Shown here one piece after another: positions 7,835 to 18,403 of a DNA stretch of 56,230 nt (its first letter is position 1; each line of letters begins with the position of its first letter). Made by a program: the position numbers and the translations under genes. The DNA is from Fibrobacteria bacterium. Lineage in GTDB: Bacteria > Fibrobacterota > Chitinivibrionia > Chitinivibrionales > FEN-1185. The DNA is taken from contig JBBIGR010000035.1 in the NCBI GenBank assembly GCA_037447435.1, positions 1-56,230 of the forward strand, read 5' to 3'. The notes under the pieces are model-generated. The model was not told where the DNA came from, ran no database searches, and saw only the letters and a program-made list of their open reading frames with translations.

Positions 7835-9727
7835 ATGTCGATTCGGTATAAACTGACTTTCATTATTCTCGCGCTCGTATCGATCCCTTTGTTGTTCGTC
7901 AGCATAATCACTTTTTCCAATTACCAAAAATCCCTGGAATCGGCGCGGCTGTCGCAAGTGCAGGAACTGGCCCGTTACAGAGTTGATAAGATAGAAACAT
8001 ACTTTACCACGGTTCGCACCGAGATGGAAATGACGGAAGGACTGTACCCGGTCCGCAAGCTCCTTCCCGATTTGTCGCATGGCGCCCATGCCGTAACCGC
8101 CCGACAGGGGCTTGACGATGTTTTGATGGGGATGAGAGGGACGTTGGGGTTGGCGGACATTCTATTGACCGATAACAAAGGCATGGTCGTCTATGTGAAT
8201 AACGCGCAGCACCGCGCAAAAGAATATTCGTTCCCTCTTGAAAAACTGTACCCTGCATCGTTTGAAAAAGGGAAAAAGGGACTGTTTTTTTCGGATATAT
8301 TTTTCAATAATTCCGTCGACAGTATATCGGAAATGCTTGTCGCGGCGCCTGTCTTCGACCTGAACAACAACATCGCCGGCACCATTGTTTTTGAAATTAA
8401 CCTACAACAATTATACCGCCAAATACAGGACTCTACGGGGCTTGCCAAAACCGACGAAGTTTTGGTTGGAAAAAAAGTCGGCAACAATGTCGTGTTCCTG
8501 CATTCATTGCTTTTCGATTCATCGCATTCGATCAGCAAACAGATCCCGATGGGAAGTTCGATCGGCATTCCTATACAAAAAGCCGTTTCTGGAGGCCCGG
8601 GAAGCGGGCAATATATCGATTACCGGGGAAAAAAAGTCTTGGCAGCGTGGCGGCCGGTACCCACGCCGGGTTGGGGATTGGTTGCTAAAATTGATTGTGA
8701 CGAGGCTTTTGCGGATATCGCCCGTTTGAAACAGCTCGTGGTCGTTGTGGTGGTTTTCGTATTTGTCCTCATAGCCGTGATAACCTACCTGGTTGCGCAA
8801 TCCATTTCACAGCCCATCAGAAAACTTACCGTAGGGGCCGAAATTATCGGTCACGGCAATCTTGACCACAGCGTCGGCACAAAAGTCAAGGACGAAATAG
8901 GCCAGCTTTCGCGCACCTTCGACAAAATGACCAGGGCCCTTAAGGAAACCACGGCGTCCCGCGACGAGCTTAACAGGGAGATCGCCGAACGCAAAAACGC
9001 AGAAGAAGCATTGCGCAATACTGCCGATGATTTGAAGCGCTCGAACAAGGACCTGGAACAATTCGCCTATGTCGCATCGCATGATTTGCAGGAACCGCTT
9101 CGAGCGGTAGCGGGGTTCATGGGGCTATTGAAAAAACTGTATGGAGAAAAACTGAATGCGGAGGCTGCCGAATTTATCGATTTGTCGGTTGAAGGAGCTG
9201 AACGGATGCAGACCCTGATCCATGATCTGCTCACGTTCTCCAGGGTTGGAACAAAGGGCGGGGCTTTTGCACCCACGGCAATGAAAGCGTCACTTGACAA
9301 TGCAATAAAGAATCTGAACGCCGCCATTTTGGAGACAGGCACGGTCGTTACTGCCGACGATTTGCCGACCGTGATTGCCGATGCGACGCAAATGACCCAA
9401 TTATTGCAGAATCTTATCGGCAATGCCATCAAATTCCACGGGCCAAAGTCGCCGCAAATACATGTGAGTGCAAAAAAGGAGAACAATACCTGGACCTTCG
9501 GCGTGAGCGACAATGGGATAGGTATTGAACCGCAGTATTACGATAGAATATTTTTAATTTTTCAGCGGCTTCATACCAGGACTCAATTCAAGGGTACGGG
9601 TATCGGGCTTGCCGTATGTAAAAAAATCATCGAACGTCACGGCGGGGCGATGTGGGTAGAATCTAAAATCAATGAAGGTTCCACATTTTATTTTACAATG
9701 CCCGACCGGGACAGGTTTGAATCGTAA
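7835..9727 (+). CDS. Membrane sensor histidine kinase (Cache-HAMP-HisKA-HATPase)
   Basis: Two TMs, HAMP (DEIGQLSRTFDKM), FAYVASHDLQEPLR, N/G1/F/G2 boxes. Confidence 0.93.
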   Translation: MSIRYKLTFIILALVSIPLLFVSIITFSNYQKSLESARLSQVQELARYRVDKIETYFTTVRTEMEMTEGLYPVRKLLPDLSHGAHAVTARQGLDDVLMGMRGTLGLADILLTDNKGMVVYVNNAQHRAKEYSFPLEKLYPASFEKGKKGLFFSDIFFNNSVDSISEMLVAAPVFDLNNNIAGTIVFEINLQQLYRQIQDSTGLAKTDEVLVGKKVGNNVVFLHSLLFDSSHSISKQIPMGSSIGIPIQKAVSGGPGSGQYIDYRGKKVLAAWRPVPTPGWGLVAKIDCDEAFADIARLKQLVVVVVVFVFVLIAVITYLVAQSISQPIRKLTVGAEIIGHGNLDHSVGTKVKDEIGQLSRTFDKMTRALKETTASRDELNREIAERKNAEEALRNTADDLKRSNKDLEQFAYVASHDLQEPLRAVAGFMGLLKKLYGEKLNAEAAEFIDLSVEGAERMQTLIHDLLTFSRVGTKGGAFAPTAMKASLDNAIKNLNAAILETGTVVTADDLPTVIADATQMTQLLQNLIGNAIKFHGPKSPQIHVSAKKENNTWTFGVSDNGIGIEPQYYDRIFLIFQRLHTRTQFKGTGIGLAVCKKIIERHGGAMWVESKINEGSTFYFTMPDRDRFES

Positions 9728-9746
9728 ATGTCAAAGGAGAAAATGA

Positions 9747-10193
9747 ATGTTTCAAGGAAACGTAAGGCCTATTCAGATCCTGCTTGTTGAAGACAGTCCT
9801 ACCGATGCAAAACTCACCTTGACCGCATTGAATTTGGCGAAGGTCGCCAATACCGTGAGCCATGTGGAAGACGGCGCAGCGGCAATGGATTTTTTAAAAC
9901 GGCAAGGAACCTATTCCGGTGCACCCAGACCCGACCTGATATTGCTCGATTTGAACCTGCCCAAGAAAGACGGCCGCGAGGTACTTGAAGAATTAAAAAG
10001 TGACCCAAACTTTTGTACGATACCGGTCGTGGTATTGACGACATCAAAAGCGGAGCAGGACATTTTGCGTTCATACGAACTCCATGCGAATTGCTATATA
10101 ACAAAACCCGTGAATTTCGACCAATTCCTGGAAGTGATCAAATCGATCGAACACTTCTGGTTGTCGGTCGTGGTGCTACCGGGAAAAGAATAA
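9747..10193 (+). CDS. Single-domain response regulator, Rcp1-like
   Basis: [26 protein letters not shown]-terminal FW. Confidence 0.92.
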   Translation: MFQGNVRPIQILLVEDSPTDAKLTLTALNLAKVANTVSHVEDGAAAMDFLKRQGTYSGAPRPDLILLDLNLPKKDGREVLEELKSDPNFCTIPVVVLTTSKAEQDILRSYELHANCYITKPVNFDQFLEVIKSIEHFWLSVVVLPGKE

Positions 10194-10200
10194 AGACACC

Positions 10201-13200
10201 ATGGTAATGAGGCCGATAAAAGTACTTCTGGTTGAAGACAGCCCAACCGACGCGCGGTTGCTCATGGCCGATTTGGTCGATGAGTCGGGAGCTTTATTCG
10301 ACGTGGTATGGGTGGAATGCATGGCCGATGCGATCACGCAACTGCAAAAGCAAACCTTCGACGTTTCACTGTTGGACTTGTCTCTCCCCGACAGTTTCGG
10401 TATGGACACCTATGCGAAAATCCAGGAAGTCTGCCCGGTTCTTCCGGTGGTCGTGTTGACCGGTGCGGTGAATGAAGCCGTGGGAATCGAAGCGATTCGG
10501 CTTGGCGTGCAGGACTACCTTGTCAAGGGAACCGCCGACGGCAAGACCGTTGCCCGTTCCATACGGTATGCTGTGGAGCGAAAAAATGCCGAAGACGCGC
10601 TGAGGCAAAGCGATGCCAGATTCCGCCAGCTCGCCGAGGCGGCTTTTGAAGGACTGCTCATTCACGACAACGGCATAATCATGGATGCCAATTCCCCGCT
10701 CGCACAAATCATCGGCTACGACGTTGCGGATTTGCCCGGAAAATCGATTTATGGTTTTATTGACGTCAAATACCATGACTTGATGAAAAAGGAATCGACC
10801 GAGCCGTATCAGGTCGAGGCCGTACACAAAACGGGCATGAAGATTCCCGTCGAGTTCATGGCAAAACCGTTTATCATCGGCGACAGGAAAGTAACGGTTG
10901 CGGCGGTCCGTAATGTACTCGAGCGAAATTTATTGGAAGCGCAGCGCAAGCAACTTGCCGATGAATTGGAAAAACGCGTCGAAGAAGTCCAGGCTACCAA
11001 CACTGCACTCATGCAGTCGCAACGGGCAGCCCTCAACCTTATGGAAGATGCACTTGAGGCGAGGAAGCAGACTGAGTTTGTCAACAACAAGCTCGAGGAA
11101 ATATCCGAGCAGCGGGGCATAGCGCTTTCGATGCAGCAAAAGCTCGTGACGCGCTTCGAACTTCTTTCTCATACGGCAAGCAGTTTGCTGCAGTCGAGCG
11201 ATCCGCGTTCGCTCGTGGAATCGCTGTGCCGCAAAGTCATGGTCCATTTGGATTGTCAGGTTTTTTTCAATTTTATCGTTGAAGAAAAAGAGAAAAAGTT
11301 GCGTTTGAACGCATGGGCAGGGATCCCGGTCGAAGAGGCGCGGCGCATCGAATGGCTCGAATACGGCGTTGCGGTTTGCGGTTGCGTTGCCCGCGACGGC
11401 AGCCGAATCGTTGCCGAAAACATACAAAATACGCCGGATGTCCGGACAGACCTTGTCAAATCGTACGGCATAAAGGCCTATGCCTGTCATCCGATTATGG
11501 GGCCCGAAGAAACGGTGCTGGGGACCCTGTCGTTTGGCACGAAAACGCGGGAATCGTTCAGCACCGACGACCTTTCGCTCATGAAGGCCGTGACCGATTT
11601 GGTGGCGATTGCCTTGACGCGTACGAACAACGAGCGGGAACTTTTACGTTCGAAGGAAGAATGGGTGGAGACGTTTAACGTCATTCCCGATCATATCGCA
11701 ATATTGGACAATAAGCACCGCATTATCCGCGCGAACAAGGCCATGGCAAATAAGCTCGGGCTTTTGCCCGACGAGATCGAAGGCCTGTCGTGTCATATGT
11801 GCATCCACGGGACAAAAGACCCTATTTCCGGATGCCCGCATTCGATGCTGCTCAAAGACGGAAAGCAGCACGTTGCGGAAGTGTTTGAAGAAAAACTGGG
11901 CGGGAGTTTTTTAGTGAGCGTTTCGCCCATCGTCGATAAATTCGGCGTAATCAAGGGAAGCGTGCATGTGGCGCGCGATATCAGCGAGCAGAAAAAGCGC
12001 GAGGAGGAACTTTACAAATTAAACAGGACCCTTGAAGCGCTTTCGAAAAGCAGCCAGGCAATGACCCGGACCTCGGACGAGAGGGAATTTCTCGACGAAG
12101 TATGCAGGATCGTGGTGAACGACTGCGGCTACGCCATGGTCTGGATAGGCTATGCGCAGGACGACGAAGCGAAGACTATAAAACCCGTGGCCCATGCGGG
12201 GTTTGAAAACGGATATCTTGACACCTTAAATTTGTCGTGGGACGATTCCGACCGCGGAAAAGGTCCCACCGGCACGGCGATACGGACCGGCACCATCTCC
12301 AAATGCAGCGACATGATTAGCGACCCTTTGTTTGGACCTTGGCGAAAAGAGGCGACTAAGCGCGGCTACGCGTCATCGATTTGCGTACCGTTGACCATGT
12401 TCGGCAATCCGTTCGGCGCAATCACGATTTATTCGAGCGAACCGAATGCATTTTCGGAATCGGAATCGCGGTTGCTCGGCGATTTGGCAAACGACCTTGC
12501 ATACGGCATTACGACCATCCGGCTTCGTGCGGCCCAGGCAAAATCCGAGGAGTCGTTGCGTAATGAGCATAATTTCATCAACACGATACTCCAGACCACC
12601 GGCGGACTTATCGCCGGCTTCGACACGCACGGCAGGATAAAAATCTTCAACCATGCCTGCGAACGGGCCACCGGATATTCGTTCAACGAAGTGCGGGACC
12701 GCGTATTTTGGGACTTTTTGCTTGTGCCCGAAGAAATCGAAGCGGTCAAACGGGTTTTTAATAATTTGTCAACGTTTCAGTTTCAAAGCGAATTCGAGAA
12801 TTATTGGGTAACCAGCAACGGAAGCAGGCGATTCATACGCTGGACCAACTCCACGGTCGTGGATAAACAAGGGGATATCGAGCTTGTCATCGGCACCGGT
12901 ATAGACATTACCGAACGTAAACAGGCCGAAATAGAACTCGAGCAATACAAAACCGATCTGGAACGGCTTGTACGGGAACGAACGGCCGCATTGCGGGCAA
13001 GTGAAGAACAGCTGATGCGGGCCAATGAAATGAAGCTTTTGGGGCAACTGACCTCGGGCGTCGCGCATGAGGTGCGAAACCCCCTCAACGGCATTATCGC
13101 GATTATGGGAGCGTTGTCGAAGGAACTTTCGGACAGCGACCATTTTGAACCGTATGTCAAGCACATGCGGAACCAGGTGACGCGGCTTACCGTGCTCATG

Positions 13201-13716
13201 GAAGACCTGCTCATGCTCGGGCGCCCCATACAAAAAGAGAAAATGATCCGTATTCCTTTTGTAAAATTCATTCGCGAGTCGATTGCGACCTGGCAAAGCG
13301 CCAGGCCGGACCGCAGCGACATCCGTTTCGACGAATCGGGATTGGAAAACAACGGCGCCGAGATTTTGGCAGATACCGCACGGCTGGAGCAAATGGTCGT
13401 CAATCTTCTCGACAACGCCACCCAGCACACCCCTGCCGACAAAGGCATCGACGTCATGATTTTCAAACCGGATGGCGCGGAAATACTCTATTGCGTCAAA
13501 GACCGGGGCGCAGGCATACCTGCGGAGGTGTTGCCGCGTATATTCGAACCCTTTTTTACGACCCGTAAAGGCGGTACCGGCCTGGGGCTCAGTATTGTCA
13601 AACACATCGTGGAAAGCCACGGCGGGACCATATCGGCGGCGAATAACGAAGACGGCATCGGGGCGACATTTACAGTGAAATTGCCTGTCGCCGCGCCGGG
13701 GCCGGATCCCGCATAA
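10201..13716 (+). CDS. Cytoplasmic hybrid kinase REC-PAS-GAF-PAS-GAF-PAS-HisKA-HATPase
   Basis: N-terminal receiver; PAS ends (RDISE, DITERK); GAF motifs; VAHEVRNPL; GTGLGL. Confidence 0.9.
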   Translation: MVMRPIKVLLVEDSPTDARLLMADLVDESGALFDVVWVECMADAITQLQKQTFDVSLLDLSLPDSFGMDTYAKIQEVCPVLPVVVLTGAVNEAVGIEAIRLGVQDYLVKGTADGKTVARSIRYAVERKNAEDALRQSDARFRQLAEAAFEGLLIHDNGIIMDANSPLAQIIGYDVADLPGKSIYGFIDVKYHDLMKKESTEPYQVEAVHKTGMKIPVEFMAKPFIIGDRKVTVAAVRNVLERNLLEAQRKQLADELEKRVEEVQATNTALMQSQRAALNLMEDALEARKQTEFVNNKLEEISEQRGIALSMQQKLVTRFELLSHTASSLLQSSDPRSLVESLCRKVMVHLDCQVFFNFIVEEKEKKLRLNAWAGIPVEEARRIEWLEYGVAVCGCVARDGSRIVAENIQNTPDVRTDLVKSYGIKAYACHPIMGPEETVLGTLSFGTKTRESFSTDDLSLMKAVTDLVAIALTRTNNERELLRSKEEWVETFNVIPDHIAILDNKHRIIRANKAMANKLGLLPDEIEGLSCHMCIHGTKDPISGCPHSMLLKDGKQHVAEVFEEKLGGSFLVSVSPIVDKFGVIKGSVHVARDISEQKKREEELYKLNRTLEALSKSSQAMTRTSDEREFLDEVCRIVVNDCGYAMVWIGYAQDDEAKTIKPVAHAGFENGYLDTLNLSWDDSDRGKGPTGTAIRTGTISKCSDMISDPLFGPWRKEATKRGYASSICVPLTMFGNPFGAITIYSSEPNAFSESESRLLGDLANDLAYGITTIRLRAAQAKSEESLRNEHNFINTILQTTGGLIAGFDTHGRIKIFNHACERATGYSFNEVRDRVFWDFLLVPEEIEAVKRVFNNLSTFQFQSEFENYWVTSNGSRRFIRWTNSTVVDKQGDIELVIGTGIDITERKQAEIELEQYKTDLERLVRERTAALRASEEQLMRANEMKLLGQLTSGVAHEVRNPLNGIIAIMGALSKELSDSDHFEPYVKHMRNQVTRLTVLMEDLLMLGRPIQKEKMIRIPFVKFIRESIATWQSARPDRSDIRFDESGLENNGAEILADTARLEQMVVNLLDNATQHTPADKGIDVMIFKPDGAEILYCVKDRGAGIPAEVLPRIFEPFFTTRKGGTGLGLSIVKHIVESHGGTISAANNEDGIGATFTVKLPVAAPGPDPA

Positions 13717-13723
13717 ACGGACG

Positions 13724-14650
13724 CTATTTTCTTCGGTCCTTGAAAAAAACGCTTTTCCCCGAATAATTTGACGATTTGGCTGAGGACTTGAGCTCGGTGG
13801 CGATTTCGATGATCTTTCCGTATTCCGTAATATCTTGCCTGTTATTGGTCAACATCCCGATTGACAGGGTCATGATCGGGAACCGTTGCATGATTCCCAG
13901 ACGGTCTTTGGCAACGATAAAACCGTTGGCTTTGTCTTCGTTCGAATAAAAACCGGGAATTTTGGAATCGAAAAAGGAGATGATCGAGTTGCAGCGTTCT
14001 TCGCCTTTATCAATATCACATGCCATGATAAAATCGTCGCCGCCCACATGACCGACAAAATCGTTGGGCCCGGCAGCTTCCCGCATTATCTCGGCGGTAA
14101 ATTTTATGACATCGTCGCCCCGGGAAAATCCGTAATGGTCGTTATAGGGTTTGAAATGGTCGATATCGCAATATAAAAACGCGAATTGTTCCTTGTTGCG
14201 CAGCCGCTTATTCACTTCATACATAATACTGACGTTGCCCGGCAGGCCGGTAAGCGGATTTGCGGAAAGAAAAAGTCCGGTACGTTGCAGTCGGTTGTCG
14301 ACACGGGCCAAAAGTTCTTCAATATCGAAGGGTTTGCTCAAATAGTCGTCGGCACCCAGTTTAAGGCCTTTAATTTTATCTGCGGGCTTGTCTTTTGCGG
14401 AAAGCACAATAATCGGGATAAGATAGGTCGTTTCGGTTTCCCGTAATTTTCGGCATACTTCGTATCCGTCGGTTTTCGGCATGGTAATGTCGAGCAATAT
14501 GAGGTCGGGAATTTTGGTCAAAGCAACCGAGATGGCTTCGTCGCCGTCTTTTGCCCCCAAAACCTCATACCCTGCGTTGACGAAATTCACTTTGATAAGT
14601 TCGAAAACATTGGGATCGTCGTCCACGACCAGGAGCTTCTTGTTGTTCAT
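13724..14650 (-). CDS. Response regulator with GGDEF domain (GGDDF variant)
   Basis: Receiver LLDITMP; NPLTGLPGN, DIDHFKPYNDHYG, GHVGGDDF. Confidence 0.9.
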   Translation of the reverse strand: MNNKKLLVVDDDPNVFELIKVNFVNAGYEVLGAKDGDEAISVALTKIPDLILLDITMPKTDGYEVCRKLRETETTYLIPIIVLSAKDKPADKIKGLKLGADDYLSKPFDIEELLARVDNRLQRTGLFLSANPLTGLPGNVSIMYEVNKRLRNKEQFAFLYCDIDHFKPYNDHYGFSRGDDVIKFTAEIMREAAGPNDFVGHVGGDDFIMACDIDKGEERCNSIISFFDSKIPGFYSNEDKANGFIVAKDRLGIMQRFPIMTLSIGMLTNNRQDITEYGKIIEIATELKSSAKSSNYSGKSVFFKDRRK

Positions 14651-14698
14651 GATAGATTGCCAGCCTTATGCAATAGGGTGGATCTCAGTGACCTGTTA

Positions 14699-16384
14699 TT
14701 ATTGACAAAAAAAATTGTCGACCGATTGTTTGAGATCGGCATACGAACTTTCGGATACGAGTTTACAAAGTGCGGGTATCGATTTCGGCTGGACCGAAAG
14801 CGTGGTCACGCCCGATCCGATGAGCTGTTTTGCCGTTTCGGGATCCGCGGCGATTTCGCCGCAAACCGAAACTTCTTTTCCGTGAAGCGATACCTGCGAA
14901 CAAATGCTGCGGATTAAGGAAACCAACAGCGCGCCCGACTGGTTCCGGTACGGCTCGAGTTTGCCGTTCTCGCGGCTTGCAGCAAACAGGTATTGCGCCA
15001 GGTCGTTGGTTCCGATACTGAAAAAGTCGGCATACGGGATAAAAGGCGACAGAGAGAGCGCCGTTGAAGGGATTTCGACCATCATGCCGATCGGTATCGT
15101 GCGTTCGTCAAGTTGCTCTTTGCGGCAAATTGTTCGTATGATTTCCCTTGTTTCTTTCATTTCGGAGACCAGAGAGACAAACGGTACGAGAATTTTAATC
15201 GGCCCGAATTTGGCGGCCCGCACAACTGCGCCGGCATGGCTCTGAAACAGCGGTTTGTTTTCGAGCAGATACCTGATTCCCCTCGTGCCGAGCTGCGAAC
15301 AGTCTTCGCGCTGCATTCCCAGATAAGACGGCGATTTGTCGGCCCCGATATCCAAAAGACGTATCGTTGTTGTTGCGCCGCTATTTTTTCCTATTGCTTC
15401 ACGGTAAAAACCGCATTCTTCCTCGATTGTCGGAAGCCTGGGCCGCGACAGGTAGAATAATTCGGACCTAAGTAAACCGATTCCCTCTGCGCCGAGGCGT
15501 GCACCTTCGTCGATATCCTCCAAACTTCCAACATTGATTTCGAGCTTGATGGTTTTTCCATCGGTAGTATGCCGGGAATGCCGGACGCAATGGGCCGCAG
15601 TTTCACGGCGGCCCAGTTCCTGTTTTCTTTTGTAATGCGACAGGTCGGCATGCGATGGATTGACGATCACTTTCGCGTCGTAACCGTCCACGATAAGGGA
15701 GGTGCTGGACCGCACCATCGTGGAAATGCCGGGAATATTGGTGATTGCCGGTATTCCGAGCGATTTGGTGATAATAGCTACATGCGATACGGTGCTTCCT
15801 TCCTCGAGCACGATGCCGAGCAAATGCTTTTTGTCCAGCAGCACGATGTCGGACGGTAAAAGCTTTTCCGCCACCAATATGACGGCAGTGTCGAGGCGGC
15901 CGAAAGCGCCCAACCGTACATGTTCTATTTCCAAAAGGTTGCGAAGCAAACGGTAGTATACGTCTTGAATGTCAAGCGATTTTATCCGGAAAATTTCGTC
16001 GTGCAGGTCGTTGAATTTTGATTTAACGGTTTCGATTTCAAGGACAAGCACATGCTCCGCATTGACCCGTTTACGGGTCATAAGGGCCCTGACTTTATCG
16101 AGGAAAAGAACATCGGACAATAACAGGTGCTGGGCCGAAAAAATCTGGGCCGCTTCTTTTTTTTTCGACGATTCCATGGCGTGTTGCAACGTATGCAGTT
16201 GCTGCCGGCTTTTTTGTACCGCGCCGTCGAGCCGTTTGAGCTCGGCCTCCATGTTGTCAACGACAAACGAAAAACGTTTCGTCGCCTCCAGGTCTATTTG
16301 CTTTAAATGAAAAGCGGGCCCGATGGCTATTCCCGGCGATAATGAAACCCCTTCGTATTGCGCGGAACCCGTGACGGATTGCAT
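14699..16384 (-). CDS. ptsI: PEP-protein phosphotransferase (PTS Enzyme I)
   Basis: GSTVSHVAI phospho-His, GLLRSE, RLLDIGADK, MVEIP, SIGTNDL, VCGEIAAD. Confidence 0.92.
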   Translation of the reverse strand: MQSVTGSAQYEGVSLSPGIAIGPAFHLKQIDLEATKRFSFVVDNMEAELKRLDGAVQKSRQQLHTLQHAMESSKKKEAAQIFSAQHLLLSDVLFLDKVRALMTRKRVNAEHVLVLEIETVKSKFNDLHDEIFRIKSLDIQDVYYRLLRNLLEIEHVRLGAFGRLDTAVILVAEKLLPSDIVLLDKKHLLGIVLEEGSTVSHVAIITKSLGIPAITNIPGISTMVRSSTSLIVDGYDAKVIVNPSHADLSHYKRKQELGRRETAAHCVRHSRHTTDGKTIKLEINVGSLEDIDEGARLGAEGIGLLRSELFYLSRPRLPTIEEECGFYREAIGKNSGATTTIRLLDIGADKSPSYLGMQREDCSQLGTRGIRYLLENKPLFQSHAGAVVRAAKFGPIKILVPFVSLVSEMKETREIIRTICRKEQLDERTIPIGMMVEIPSTALSLSPFIPYADFFSIGTNDLAQYLFAASRENGKLEPYRNQSGALLVSLIRSICSQVSLHGKEVSVCGEIAADPETAKQLIGSGVTTLSVQPKSIPALCKLVSESSYADLKQSVDNFFCQ

Positions 16385-16385
16385 A

Positions 16386-16766
16386 TCACTCCGGTGCAGC
16401 TAAAAGTTTCTCTATGGACTGCAATAGTTCGGTTATGTCGAACGGTTTTGTCATATAGTCGTCGGCCTTTAATATATGCCTGCCGATCATTTTATCCCGC
16501 TCCGCATTCTTGGCTGTGAGCATGAGGATTTTAATCGATTGCAAATCGGAATGGTCTTTTATGATCTTGCAGATTTCCCATCCGTCCATCTGCGGCATCA
16601 TGACGTCGAGAACGATAAGGTCGGGCTTGTCTTGCTTGATTAATTCCAAACCTTTAAGGCCGTTTTCGGCGGTGAAGGTTTCATACCCTGCGGCGCCGAT
16701 ATTGAGGGACAATAGGATCCGGATATTCGGGTCGTCGTCGACGATAAGAATTTTTTTTTGCTTCAT
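16386..16766 (-). CDS. Single-domain response regulator
   Basis: IVDDD, LDVMMP, LTA, MTKPF. Confidence 0.92.
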   Translation of the reverse strand: MKQKKILIVDDDPNIRILLSLNIGAAGYETFTAENGLKGLELIKQDKPDLIVLDVMMPQMDGWEICKIIKDHSDLQSIKILMLTAKNAERDKMIGRHILKADDYMTKPFDITELLQSIEKLLAAPE

Positions 16767-18241
16767 GCGTGTGCCGTTGTTTCTAAAATTGATTTAGGGA
16801 TTTTGAAAAAGAAGGTGCTGCCTTTTCCCGATTCGGATTCTACCCATATCGAACCGTTATGCGCCGCGAGAATTTGCCGGGCTATGAAAAGGCCGAGACC
16901 GCTTCCGCGGGTTGTTGCCGTGATTTCGTCGCGGCCCCTGTAGAATTTTTCGAAGATTTTTTCTTTGTCGTTTTCGTCGATCCCTTTTCCCCGGTCCGTC
17001 ACGCTTATGATAATTTCATTGCCTGCATTTTTTCCGCCGACGAATATTGTACTGCCCGCAGGCGAATATTTCGCGGCATTTTCAAGGAGGTTTATTGCCA
17101 CTTGACGTATACGGTCTTTGTCGCCGTTTATCTCGGGAAGATCCGGTGGAAATTTGAATTCGATCGGACAGGCGATCCGGTCTTTTAAAATGGCTGTGCA
17201 TTCCTGAAAAAGTCCGACCATTGAAAAAGAAGAAATGTTAAGGGAGAAATTACCGGCTTCTATTTTGGTAATGTCCAGGAGCTCCTCGACCATGCGCGCC
17301 AGGCGCTTGCCTTCGGCTTCGATGATGTTTAAACATTCGGCGCGTTTTTCCTCGGAAAGCTTTAGATTCAAAAGTGTGCGCGAAAATCCGATGATGGAGG
17401 TGAGCGGCGTACGCAGTTCATGCGAAACCATTGACACGAAATTAGATTTCAGCTTATCGAGCTCAAGGAGTTTTTTGTTCGATTCCTCCAATTGATGCGT
17501 TTTATCTTTTATTTTATTTTCCAGGTTTTGGGTAAGATCTCCCAATTGAAATGCCATGCTGTTAAAGGATTGCGCCAGCTCGCCGATACGGTCGGGTGAG
17601 TCGTAGGCGACGCGAGCGGTAAAATCGCCTTTTGCGATCTTTTCCGCACTGTTTTTCATTTCTGTCAATGGATTGACTAAAAAACCGGAAATGAACCAGG
17701 CCAAAAGTATCGAACAAAGCAAAAGCAGCGTGTCTTCCCGGATCGTACGGAACAGGGCATGACGAATGTCGGCTTTTGCCGACCGGAGCGAATACCCGAT
17801 ATGCAAAGTCCCCATAAACGGCAGGTTGTTTTTTTGCAAAGGAAACGACCGTACGAAATACCGTAAATGGTTTTTCAAGATATCGTCGTTGGGCGACGGC
17901 GGATATACGGTATTTATCAATGCGGCATTGGTTGAGTAACGCACTATGTTTTTCGTGTCGGAAACGCAAATGAACTCGACGTCTTTTTGGGAAGACGCAA
18001 GATAGAGCATTTCGAGGAGATCCGGTTGGTTTCCTACGAGAAAATCGTTGATGACGTCGTCGACGAGCAATTGGGCCACGGCACTTAGTTTTGTCAATTC
18101 CCGGTCCGTGACGAAATTTTTTATCAGGATATTTTCGTTGAAAACGTCATACAGGTTGAGCAGTATTCCGAGGAGTGAGATGCCGAGAACGAGTTTCCCG
18201 CGAAAAGTAAGAAAAAACCCGTACCAGACCTTTGGTTTCAT
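16763..18241 (-). CDS. Membrane sensor histidine kinase (small extracytoplasmic domain, HAMP)
   Basis: Two TMs, HAMP, VSHELRTPLT, NLLENAAKY, DRGKGI, GSGLGL. Confidence 0.92.
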   Translation of the reverse strand: MKPKVWYGFFLTFRGKLVLGISLLGILLNLYDVFNENILIKNFVTDRELTKLSAVAQLLVDDVINDFLVGNQPDLLEMLYLASSQKDVEFICVSDTKNIVRYSTNAALINTVYPPSPNDDILKNHLRYFVRSFPLQKNNLPFMGTLHIGYSLRSAKADIRHALFRTIREDTLLLLCSILLAWFISGFLVNPLTEMKNSAEKIAKGDFTARVAYDSPDRIGELAQSFNSMAFQLGDLTQNLENKIKDKTHQLEESNKKLLELDKLKSNFVSMVSHELRTPLTSIIGFSRTLLNLKLSEEKRAECLNIIEAEGKRLARMVEELLDITKIEAGNFSLNISSFSMVGLFQECTAILKDRIACPIEFKFPPDLPEINGDKDRIRQVAINLLENAAKYSPAGSTIFVGGKNAGNEIIISVTDRGKGIDENDKEKIFEKFYRGRDEITATTRGSGLGLFIARQILAAHNGSIWVESESGKGSTFFFKIPKSILETTAHA

Positions 18242-18339
18242 AAAAAGGCCTCGAACCAGTATTGTTAAATAAACTCACTCCGTACGGGCATAGAATCACC
18301 TATCTCCATAACGGAATACGCTCTTGCAATCGGTATATT

Positions 18340-18386
18340 AATAAAAAACGCCGGCAAAACAAATGTCTTGCCGGCGTTTTTTTATT
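18340..18386 (-). terminator. Intrinsic terminator (bidirectional shape)
   Basis: AAAAAACGCCGGCAA/TTGCCGGCGTTTTTT. Confidence 0.8.
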
Positions 18387-18403
18387 GAACTTTTTTGTTC
18401 CGT

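Noticed and set aside
12769..13620. Long antisense ORFs here and at 20316-20993, 25833-26711 and 39591-40388
   Set aside because: Mostly antisense or off-frame shadows of well-supported genes, with no motifs or RBS.
13724..14650. Hypr-type cGAMP synthase
   Set aside because: The specificity position is Asp (RGD), not Ser.
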